This document shows positions 38,800 through 47,311 of a stretch of DNA of 64,000 nt, in pieces. The notes beneath the pieces were generated by a model, which was not told where the DNA came from, made no database searches, and saw only the letters and a list, made by a program, of their open reading frames with translations. A program made the position numbers and the translations under genes. Each line of letters begins with the position of its first letter. The stretch's first letter is position 1. The DNA comes from Alphaproteobacteria bacterium (lineage in GTDB: Bacteria > Pseudomonadota > Alphaproteobacteria > CAAGCB01 > CAG-977), in the NCBI GenBank assembly GCA_017480385.1, contig JAFVAT010000026.1:13113-77112 (forward strand). The letters are read 5' to 3'.

Positions 38800-40809
38800 A
38801 TGGAACAAACGGCACAGCAGAAAGAGGCTCAAAAAACTTTAAAAATTTCCGCAAAACAAGCCAAGGAAATTAAAATATCCCGTCAAATAGCCGATAAAAT
38901 CAAACGGCAATGGGAGGAATTGGCCAAACGTCAGCGTTCTGCCGGTGCAAAAGTACGTTCCAGCCGCAGAATCACTTCTATTACCTTTACAAAGGACCAC
39001 CACGGAAAAGTAGCCGTTCAGGTAAATATGCGCAATGGTCACTCCATTATGGACAACGGGCAGGAAAAAGCGCTGGAAACCTTCAAAGCGCAGTCTCGCC
39101 GTTCATATGCCCGCGCAAAGGTTGCAGAGCTGTTAAAGAAAATTCGCGAATACGGTTTTGCCGCTGTTGAAGGGGAAATTCCTCCTGAATTAAGAGAAGC
39201 CGTCTTAAAGGGAATGGCAAAAGCCAACATTTCTACTTCGTATAAAGGGGCTAAGGCGGAAGCTGCCGCAGCTAAACAGTTTTCAAATAACGCGGCCAAA
39301 GCGGCAGACAGCGCATTTAAGGGTGCTGCCGGATTAAAACTTGCAGCCTCGCCCAGAATACCGCATTTCCCCGGAGAAAAGCCGAAACTTCCTTCAATTC
39401 CTTTAGATTTGACAATTGGAAGATCAATTAATGATATCAACAAAGATGCCAGAGAACATCGTAAAAATGGAACGGAATCTAAAGAAGATAAAATAAAACA
39501 GCAATATATCAATGCTGCGATGAGAATGTACGGCACGGATACCGTAGATGAAAATGTATTAAAGGCGGCTGAAGAATTGATGAGCAGAAAAGCTTCTCTC
39601 AGCGAAATATGGAAAATTGTAAACGATAAATCCAAAACAACGGAACAAAAAAGAATTGAGATCGGTAAAACACCTTCAGGCAATGAGAAAAAAGCAAAGG
39701 AAAAACCGTCGAAAGAACAATGTCGTCGGCAGTCCCAAAAGAGCAAAACGGATAGAAAAGAACGATTAGATCCTAACAACAAAGAATCAAAAGAAAGACT
39801 GAAAGCAATACAAGATGTTTTCAGAAAAAATGAAGCGGGCAATCCTTTAACCGCCGCCGAAACGGCTCTTTATAATTTTGTCCGTGAAAAATACAAAAAG
39901 ATTCCCGACTTTAAAATCGAAGATATTTCTTTTGGCAAGCATGAAAAAATATTAAATGAAGTACTGAGAAATAACGGTGCGTTTAACAAGCTTAAAGCGG
40001 AAAGAAAAGCGGATAGGAAAGGTCAGGCCCTATCCGTAGATAAAAAATTGAATTTAGCCCGATCCGTTCTGGAAAAGGAATTAAGCGGAAAGCCTTTAAC
40101 TGCAAAAGAACAAAAATTGGCGCAATTTATTCATGAACAATTCCGTAATGATCCCTCCTTAAAACCGGAACATATAGACAAACGCTTTTTAGAGCAAAGT
40201 AAGTCATTACAACAGATTGTAGCGGCAAATAGACCTTTTGAACTAAAAGAGACAAATGACGGTCGCAATCGGTCCCGTTCAGCAGCGGTCTCCTCCCATA
40301 CAAAAATATCTATAACTCCGGATATGAAGCTTGAAATGGTGGCTTCTGTGCTTGCTAAAAAGCCGGAAACTCTCTCTGCCCAAGAGCAAAAGTTATTAAA
40401 ACTGGTTCGTCACAATACACAAAATAATCCGAATTTAAAAATGGAGGATCTGAAAAACGACGCTGTGGCATTAAAAAAGATTTTCCAAGCAGAAAAAATC
40501 TTCAAGCAGTTACATAATGGAACTGAAACTTTAAAAGAAAAAACGGTTGAAACTCCTGTCGCCGGCAAAGATAATCCTGCGCCTAAAACTGTTGCCGCCG
40601 AAGTTGGGCGCGTATCGAATAAAATGGAACAGATATACGCTCGGCATGAGCAACAGCCGTCTGCTCCTAAAAAAGGAAAGGCCAAGACATTACAGGAAAA
40701 AGTTACATCTCATGCCAGACAGAATCCTCCCAAAAAACCTCAGCCACAGGAAAAAATGGATCCGATGACTTTGGCACAAATCAAAAGGCGGAAAGATTTT
40801 GCGCGCTAG
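38800..40809 (+). CDS. Large Lys-rich hypothetical protein with three degenerate ~45-aa repeats and a basic C-terminal tail
   Basis: 669 aa from the RBS-supported ATG; repeats built around PLTAxExxL; ends TLAQIKRRKDFAR. Confidence 0.8.
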   Translation: MEQTAQQKEAQKTLKISAKQAKEIKISRQIADKIKRQWEELAKRQRSAGAKVRSSRRITSITFTKDHHGKVAVQVNMRNGHSIMDNGQEKALETFKAQSRRSYARAKVAELLKKIREYGFAAVEGEIPPELREAVLKGMAKANISTSYKGAKAEAAAAKQFSNNAAKAADSAFKGAAGLKLAASPRIPHFPGEKPKLPSIPLDLTIGRSINDINKDAREHRKNGTESKEDKIKQQYINAAMRMYGTDTVDENVLKAAEELMSRKASLSEIWKIVNDKSKTTEQKRIEIGKTPSGNEKKAKEKPSKEQCRRQSQKSKTDRKERLDPNNKESKERLKAIQDVFRKNEAGNPLTAAETALYNFVREKYKKIPDFKIEDISFGKHEKILNEVLRNNGAFNKLKAERKADRKGQALSVDKKLNLARSVLEKELSGKPLTAKEQKLAQFIHEQFRNDPSLKPEHIDKRFLEQSKSLQQIVAANRPFELKETNDGRNRSRSAAVSSHTKISITPDMKLEMVASVLAKKPETLSAQEQKLLKLVRHNTQNNPNLKMEDLKNDAVALKKIFQAEKIFKQLHNGTETLKEKTVETPVAGKDNPAPKTVAAEVGRVSNKMEQIYARHEQQPSAPKKGKAKTLQEKVTSHARQNPPKKPQPQEKMDPMTLAQIKRRKDFAR

Positions 40810-41269
40810 TTTTTTGACCAATACCGTCTGTACTTTCCTTCTGCTGTTTTATACCTCGGAAGGAAAGGCTTATACCCTCAGCACGGGAGCGGTTGTTGAC
40901 AGAACTAACCTGCCCTCCCCCCGACAAAGCGGAAATGGCGCAGCAGCGGAAAAATGGTGCCAGGAAGAAGGAAAACGTCTGCCAACCCTTGAAGAATTGC
41001 GGGAAATGTATCATCACAGAAATGAAATCGGCGGGTTCACTGAGGGTTTTGATGCGGGCGGCTGGCCCTATTGGTCACAGCGGGTTACCCACAACGAAGG
41101 TGGAAAAGACTACGGTTATCGCATTATTTTTGGAAACGGCGCCGAAAATTACGAACGGGTATCCGCTGATGCTTATGTCAAAAAATTCGGCGAACAGGGT
41201 GAGGAACAGTACAGGCCCTTTTGGATAAAAAGCGGCTTTGGTGCCTATGTCCGCTGTGTTTCAAAATAG
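40799..41269 (+). CDS. Secreted DUF1566/Lcl-like (C-type lectin fold) protein
   Basis: Signal-like N-terminus; WC…RLPTLEEL…YWS…YVRCV signature. Confidence 0.7.
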   Translation: MRASFLTNTVCTFLLLFYTSEGKAYTLSTGAVVDRTNLPSPRQSGNGAAAEKWCQEEGKRLPTLEELREMYHHRNEIGGFTEGFDAGGWPYWSQRVTHNEGGKDYGYRIIFGNGAENYERVSADAYVKKFGEQGEEQYRPFWIKSGFGAYVRCVSK

Positions 41270-42195
41270 TCTTCTATAAAATTTTTGATTAAAGCCGTTA
41301 TAAAATCAGACGGCTTTTTTTGTTGTTCCAAAAGAAATCCTATAAAACATAAAAACTTATAATCAATTTCCCGAATGCGAACAGGCATTTGTGAAACAGT
41401 ATTATACGCCTTAACGATTTGACGGGCGAAATGTCTGCCGACTTTATAAAACGGTACAAATTCATTTGTTTTGGGAAAAATGCCTGCCGCTCCAAAATCT
41501 ATAATACCTTGTAAAATATCTTTTTTTTTGAGATCTATTAACAGATTGCTGCCGCTTAAATCATTATGGCAAAAAACAAAATCCTGTGCGCATTCTGTTT
41601 TAAATTCTTTTAAATCCAGTTGCCCGCTAGTTGCTTCCAACAATAGCCTACGGCTTAATTTTTCATCAATACGTTTCGTGAAGTCCCAATTTTGATCTGT
41701 TAACGCCGGCAGAACCGTTTGAAAAACATTTTGAGGAATCGAGTGAAGATCCGCCAAAAATTGAGCTATCTTTTCTGCCAGCCGTTCTTGCTGTTTCCGG
41801 CTTAAATGAAAATAACAGACGCTAAAATCAGTCTTGCCGCGCCTATTGTCCATTATTTTGCCATTGATATATTTGTGATAAGAAAATTTAATAAAATACG
41901 GAAACCGTTTCTCTTCAGAATCAACAATAAAAACCGGTGCAGTTTTGGATCGCACCTCCAAAGACCCATGAGTATGCAAAAGTTCTGAGATAAGAGAATC
42001 CCGTTTCATGGCATGAAACGAAGATTGCGTTAAAGGAAACCGGAAAATAAAGGAATTTCCCCTAAACACGGCAGAATTGCTTCCCGCCGGCAAAAAAGTT
42101 ATTTCTGTCAATTCAAGGGAAGGATTCCAAAATAATAAAACTTCCCGAATTATACGTTCTTTATCAGGTGTATCCTTTGTTATCCAAAACGGCAT
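41245..42195 (-). CDS. Aminoglycoside phosphotransferase / APH-ChoK family kinase
   Basis: Brenner motif CHNDLSGSNLL, GIIDFG and AQFLADLH. Confidence 0.85.
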   Translation of the reverse strand: MPFWITKDTPDKERIIREVLLFWNPSLELTEITFLPAGSNSAVFRGNSFIFRFPLTQSSFHAMKRDSLISELLHTHGSLEVRSKTAPVFIVDSEEKRFPYFIKFSYHKYINGKIMDNRRGKTDFSVCYFHLSRKQQERLAEKIAQFLADLHSIPQNVFQTVLPALTDQNWDFTKRIDEKLSRRLLLEATSGQLDLKEFKTECAQDFVFCHNDLSGSNLLIDLKKKDILQGIIDFGAAGIFPKTNEFVPFYKVGRHFARQIVKAYNTVSQMPVRIREIDYKFLCFIGFLLEQQKKPSDFITALIKNFIEDYFETQRT

Positions 42196-42496
42196 TTTAT
42201 TTCCTCTGAAATAACTATACAAGAACGTCCCCGTCTTTGTACAGTCCTGATCTTCAGTCCCCTTTCCTCCTCTATCCTGTTTTTACGCGGTTAAAAGCAG
42301 CTCCTCGATCCGGCGGACGTTTTTTCAGACTGCAGTCCTTTATATGCCCCTTCAGATTAAAATGGCGAGCACCGACAAAAAAGGCTTCTCATTATCCTCT
42401 TTAACAAACGGAACAGACAAGTTTCATGTCAGTCCTTTCCGCATAGAAGTATACGCCCTCCATAACCATGCGCCCGGCACAGAGTTTTCGGAGTAG

Positions 42497-42531
42497 AAAA
42501 AAGAGGCTGCATTGAAAAATACAGCCCCTTT
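42497..42531 (-). terminator. Intrinsic terminator after rpsI
   Basis: Minus strand AAGGGGCTGTA…TGCAGCCTCTT followed by a T run. Confidence 0.75.
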
Positions 42532-42551
42532 GAAAATTATTGGCAGGCAGA

Positions 42552-43025
42552 TTAACGCTTACTGAACTGATAGCTGCGGCGAGCCTTAGCTTTACCGTAT
42601 TTCTTACGTTCCACGACACGCGGATCACGCGTTAAGAAACCGGCGCGCTTTAATGCCGTGTGCAGTTCCGGTTCAAAGTTATCCAAACAGCGGCTGACGC
42701 CATGACGAACGGCACCGGCCTGACCGGACAAACCGCCGCCGGAAACAGTAACGACAACATCGAACTGACCCACGCGGTTGGTGACTTCAAACGGCTGATT
42801 GATAATCATGCGCAGCACAGGGCGCGTAAAATATTTTTCAATATCAATGCCATTGACCGTCATCTTGCCTGATCCCAGCTTGATCCAAACGCGGGCGCTG
42901 GCATCTTTACGGCGACCGGTTGCATAAGCACGGCCAAGTTTATCTTTTTTAGGTTCGCGAACGACCGCCGGTTCGGCAGCCACGGGAGCAACCATTTCTT
43001 TTTTCAGATCTTCTAAACCAGCCAT
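42552..43025 (-). CDS. rpsI: 30S ribosomal protein S9
   Basis: [23 protein letters not shown] and QFSKR. Confidence 0.98.
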   Translation of the reverse strand: MAGLEDLKKEMVAPVAAEPAVVREPKKDKLGRAYATGRRKDASARVWIKLGSGKMTVNGIDIEKYFTRPVLRMIINQPFEVTNRVGQFDVVVTVSGGGLSGQAGAVRHGVSRCLDNFEPELHTALKRAGFLTRDPRVVERKKYGKAKARRSYQFSKR

Positions 43026-43027
43026 GA

Positions 43028-43489
43028 TTAATTCCTCTTATTCTTCGGGTTCAAAGCAGCAACATCTAACACTTCCGGGTTCTGAGCGGCATGCGGGTGT
43101 TCGGGACCGGCATAAACGCGCAGATTTGTCATTTGCTTGCGGCCCAAGGGATTGCGCGTAATCATGCGTTCAACGGCTTTAATAATCACGCGTTCCGGGT
43201 GAGCGCCCTCAATCACTTTACCGGCGGTAATGCCTTTGATGCCGCCGGGGTGACCGGTGTGGCGGTAGTACACTTTATCTTCCAGTTTTTTGCCGGTCAG
43301 ATGTACTTTTTCCGCATTAATGATCACGACATAATCACCGCAGTCAACATGCGGCGTAAAACAGGTTTTATGCTTGCCGCGCAAAATTTTGGCGACAATG
43401 CTGGCCAGACGTCCCAAGACCAAATCTTCGGCATCGATCAGATACCACTTCTTTTTGACTTCAGACGGCTTAACGGATAAGGTCTGCAT
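43028..43489 (-). CDS. rplM: 50S ribosomal protein L13
   Basis: WYLIDA, LGRLAS, RGKHK, PHVDCGD and HPHAAQ. Confidence 0.98.
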   Translation of the reverse strand: MQTLSVKPSEVKKKWYLIDAEDLVLGRLASIVAKILRGKHKTCFTPHVDCGDYVVIINAEKVHLTGKKLEDKVYYRHTGHPGGIKGITAGKVIEGAHPERVIIKAVERMITRNPLGRKQMTNLRVYAGPEHPHAAQNPEVLDVAALNPKNKRN

Positions 43490-43746
43490 TTAGTTTTATT
43501 CCTTAAAAGAGTTACAGTTAAAAACCGGTATTTAAAGTATCTGGCTCCGGCAAACATGTCAATATTTTTTATTAAAATAAAATACAATAAAATCAACATG
43601 TTATAATGTTGGTATTATATTACCTACTTTCCGGGCCGCAAAAACAGCCGTTTTAAAAGATAAACACGATTAAAAATTAAAAATCGTTTCTTTCCCCAGT
43701 CCGATTGCGTATACTGAAATCTATTGAAAAAAGCAAGGAGAGTTCA

Positions 43747-44655
43747 ATGCCCATTCAAGTTGCCGTCTTAATTCCCTGTTATAATGAAGCCGCTGCAATC
43801 GGCGCCGTTGTCCAAAAGGCAAAAGAGGTTTTGCCTGATGCCAAAATTTACGTCTATGACAACAATTCCAAAGACAACACCGCTGAAATTGCGGCTCGGG
43901 CCGGCGCGATTGTCCGATTTGTCGGGCTGCAGGGAAAAGGAAACGTTGTGCGCCGCATGTTTGCCGATATCGAAGCCGATGTTTATGTCATGACGGACGG
44001 TGACATGACGTACGATCTGGACGCTGTTCCGGGCTTGATTGACACTTTGATCTCGAAACAAAAAGATATAGTTGTCGGCACACGCAAAGAACAGCAGCAG
44101 GAAGCTTATCGTTTCGGGCATCGATTCGGGAACTGGCTTTTGACTTTTCTTGTCCGTATCCTGTTTGGAATCAAACAAACGGATATGCTGTCCGGCCTGC
44201 GCGTTTTTTCAAAACGGTTTGTTAAGACTTTCTCAGCACGCTCCAAGGGCTTTGAAATCGAAACAGAGCTGAATGTTTTTACCAGCATGAACAAACTGCC
44301 CTATGCCGAAGTTGAAACGAATTATTTCGCTCGTCCGGAAGGATCGTTCAGCAAACTATCAACCATAAAGGACGGCTTTAAGATTTTATTTATGATACTT
44401 CGTTTGTTTCGCACAGAACGTCCTTTGGCGTTTTACTCTTTATTGGCTTTATTCTGTGCAGCGGCAACATTTTTGTTCGCAATTTTGGACGTCTATGACA
44501 GCTTTGATTTTCCCTTTGTTTTTTATGCGTTCATCGGTTTTTGGTTCTTCCTTTTATGTGGTGTTTTCGCGAACGGACAAATCAAAAATCAACGGGAAAG
44601 TATCCGGCTGGCCTATTTGTCTTATCCGTTTGCCGACACTGATGATAACTGTTGA
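43747..44655 (+). CDS. Glycosyltransferase family 2 with two C-terminal TM helices
   Basis: LIPCYNEA, VYDNNSKD, QGKGNVVR, DGD and GFEIETEL; AAGGAG RBS. Confidence 0.92.
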   Translation: MPIQVAVLIPCYNEAAAIGAVVQKAKEVLPDAKIYVYDNNSKDNTAEIAARAGAIVRFVGLQGKGNVVRRMFADIEADVYVMTDGDMTYDLDAVPGLIDTLISKQKDIVVGTRKEQQQEAYRFGHRFGNWLLTFLVRILFGIKQTDMLSGLRVFSKRFVKTFSARSKGFEIETELNVFTSMNKLPYAEVETNYFARPEGSFSKLSTIKDGFKILFMILRLFRTERPLAFYSLLALFCAAATFLFAILDVYDSFDFPFVFYAFIGFWFFLLCGVFANGQIKNQRESIRLAYLSYPFADTDDNC

Positions 44656-44686
44656 TTTTTAAAGCGAGATAAGACATAGTTTGACC

Positions 44687-45985
44687 ATGACTATTGAAAA
44701 CAACATTCCGGCAGACATCACGGTTCCTTTTGAAAAAGAAAAGGACATTCCTTTCAGTATCCCCATTCATATTGAACTGGACGACAACGGCGGCATTGTG
44801 GAGCTGCGTTCGTTTTACGAGGCCGGTTTGTTCGCTGCGGCGGAATTAAAGGCGTGGCATGACATTATCGGAACGGAAGAATCGGACAAGCCTTTTATTC
44901 AGAAAATTATTGATTTTCAGCTGCAGACGCCCCGCTCTATTTTTGCGGCGGTCCAATCCGTTTTGGGCGGAGAAATGACTCCGGCGGAGGGCTTTTCCAT
45001 TATCCGCAAGGATTTAAATGCCTATCTGGCTTTTAAATGCATTCATTCTCAAGGTGTTCTGGGTCAAATGGCTACGATTATGTACCGTTATGAACCGATG
45101 CTTATGGGGCTGTTGGCCGGTGCGACAGGGGCTGCCGATCTGGCCGAAGCGGCAGGGTTCAGCACGTCTTCCGATGCGGAAAGCTTTACTTTTGGCTATG
45201 CTTTTACATTACAGTTTCGGACAAATGTACAGCCGGACATGCTGGACGGCAAAGTTTCGGAAACACTGCGTAAAATCAACAGCATTATCCGTCGTGTTGA
45301 GCTGGCCGACAAGCAGATCAAGCCCTTGGAAAACGAACATTTTGCCCTGCAAAAAGGAATCGAGGAAGCGTCTCATCAGCTGCAGAGCTACAGAAATGAC
45401 GTTGCCGAGTATGTATCGCGTCTGGTTGCCGAAATCAAACAAACTTCGGACAGCGCGGTCAATGCGATGTGGGATCAGCTCAATTTAATTCAGAACGATC
45501 ATGAACGTCAGCTGGCGGCTTTGCGTCAAAGCGTTGCCAGCCGCATTCGTTATGGCACGGCCTTAGATTATTGGAATGACCAATTACTGCAAAATCAAAC
45601 TAAAACAAATCAAATGACGGGCTGGTATGTTATTTCGGGACTGTTTACCATTACAACCGTTTTAGCAATTGTCGCCGGCATTTCCTTTAAAATGGCCAAC
45701 ATTTCCACTTTTATGACGATTATCACGTTGGGCTTGCCTGTCCTGATTGCCTGCGGTTTGATGTTCATGCTGATCCAGACGCGCCTTCGCTATGAAAAAG
45801 CGGCGGCACAAGCGCAGGAAAAAGTATCCATGTTGGAAACTTTAGCCGCTTTGGAAACGGAAGGAAAAGCGAAGGACGAAGACCGCGAAGGAATTTTGGA
45901 AAATATTTTCAAGACCAGTTTTACCCCGGTTTCTGCTTCTGCCGCAGAAACGGAAGACGAAGAAAAAGCTAAACAGCCTTCTTAG
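44687..45985 (+). CDS. Hypothetical coiled-coil, two-TM protein (DUF6161-like C-terminus)
   Basis: Long ORF with a coiled coil, YW motif, two TMs and LAALETEG…DREGILENIF. Confidence 0.6.
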   Translation: MTIENNIPADITVPFEKEKDIPFSIPIHIELDDNGGIVELRSFYEAGLFAAAELKAWHDIIGTEESDKPFIQKIIDFQLQTPRSIFAAVQSVLGGEMTPAEGFSIIRKDLNAYLAFKCIHSQGVLGQMATIMYRYEPMLMGLLAGATGAADLAEAAGFSTSSDAESFTFGYAFTLQFRTNVQPDMLDGKVSETLRKINSIIRRVELADKQIKPLENEHFALQKGIEEASHQLQSYRNDVAEYVSRLVAEIKQTSDSAVNAMWDQLNLIQNDHERQLAALRQSVASRIRYGTALDYWNDQLLQNQTKTNQMTGWYVISGLFTITTVLAIVAGISFKMANISTFMTIITLGLPVLIACGLMFMLIQTRLRYEKAAAQAQEKVSMLETLAALETEGKAKDEDREGILENIFKTSFTPVSASAAETEDEEKAKQPS

Positions 45986-46099
45986 TTTTTTGCCAAAAAA
46001 GATTTTTCTCATCTCTAAGGCCGTTAAGTCTTAAAGAAAATTTTTGGCGCATTATACGCTTATTTGTCCTTTCCGCGCATTCTTTCAAAGACTGAAATC

Positions 46100-47278
46100 C
46101 TAAATTTCAATCAGTCGCATCAGCTTTTTTTCAGGCGGCATCAATGTAATCACGGAAATCTCGGACGGAGCAAACAGCCGCATCGGCGGTCCCCAACCTC
46201 CGGCCCCTCTGGAAACGTACAGTTTCATGCCGTCGACATCATATAGTCCGGCGAGGAAATCGTTGAAACGTTTTACCAAAAAATGAAACGGAAAGATTTG
46301 ACCGCCGTGAGTATGGCCGGAGATCTGAAAATCAATCAGATCCTTGTTCAGCCGCTTGATAAACCGCGGAGAATGAGACAAAAAGACACGATACGCACCG
46401 GCAGCGGCTCCATTCAGCGTTTCCTTAATCCCCTCCATTGTCTGATCCGTAATCATCAGCAGCTGCGGATCGGGCAATCCGGACAAATAAACGTTGGCTC
46501 CGTTCAAAGTCAGCCCTTCGTTCGCCAAATAAAACAGCCCCATTTGTTTGAATTTCATTTCCCACTCTAAACTGCCATGATAAAATTCATGATTGCCCAA
46601 AGTGACAAAAACGCCGTATTTGGCATCAAGCCCGGACAAAGCCTGCATCTGCGGTCCCAAAGAAGCGGGCTTGGCGTCCACAATATCCCCGACCAAAACC
46701 GTAATATCCGGTTTTAATCCGTTAACAGTTCGAACCAACTTTTCAACAAAAGAAACAGAGGTAACCGGCGTGATATGCGTATCCGTCAAAGCAACGATTT
46801 TAAACGGATAAGCGACCTTGTCCGTTTGAATGATCGTTTCTTTGACCGCAGGAAACTTAATTCCTTCATACAAAGAATATCCCGACAGCAAAACAGCGGC
46901 GAAAACGGCCATTAAATTAGCTCTTTTAATCGCAGCAGACTTCATCGGATCGTATTCGGGCGAAGCTTTGCCCAATTTTCTGGCAATTTGATATCCGTGT
47001 ATCCAAAAAAGATCGCGTATCAGTAAAATTCCCAACAGAAAAAAAGCCGTTACGAAAAGTGTATACAATCCTTGCGTCACATAAATACCTGCCTTTTCGG
47101 GCAACAGCTTTAACCACCGGATCATTCCCGCAATCGTCGGGCTGAACCACGCCAGCACCACAACAAAGGAAACCGCCAGCTTTTTGCGCAAAGAAAATTC
47201 AGGATTGTAACCAATCATTATTTGCAAGGTAATGATAATGGCCGCCAAACTAAAAATAAAAGACAGAACAAAGAACAT
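46100..47278 (-). CDS. Membrane-anchored metallophosphoesterase
   Basis: DTH, GDIVD, GNHE, SH and GHTHGGQ motifs after N-terminal TMs. Confidence 0.92.
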   Translation of the reverse strand: MFFVLSFIFSLAAIIITLQIMIGYNPEFSLRKKLAVSFVVVLAWFSPTIAGMIRWLKLLPEKAGIYVTQGLYTLFVTAFFLLGILLIRDLFWIHGYQIARKLGKASPEYDPMKSAAIKRANLMAVFAAVLLSGYSLYEGIKFPAVKETIIQTDKVAYPFKIVALTDTHITPVTSVSFVEKLVRTVNGLKPDITVLVGDIVDAKPASLGPQMQALSGLDAKYGVFVTLGNHEFYHGSLEWEMKFKQMGLFYLANEGLTLNGANVYLSGLPDPQLLMITDQTMEGIKETLNGAAAGAYRVFLSHSPRFIKRLNKDLIDFQISGHTHGGQIFPFHFLVKRFNDFLAGLYDVDGMKLYVSRGAGGWGPPMRLFAPSEISVITLMPPEKKLMRLIEI

Positions 47279-47311
47279 CTTCTTTCCCCTCCCTTTAGCC
47301 GGCAAAACGGC

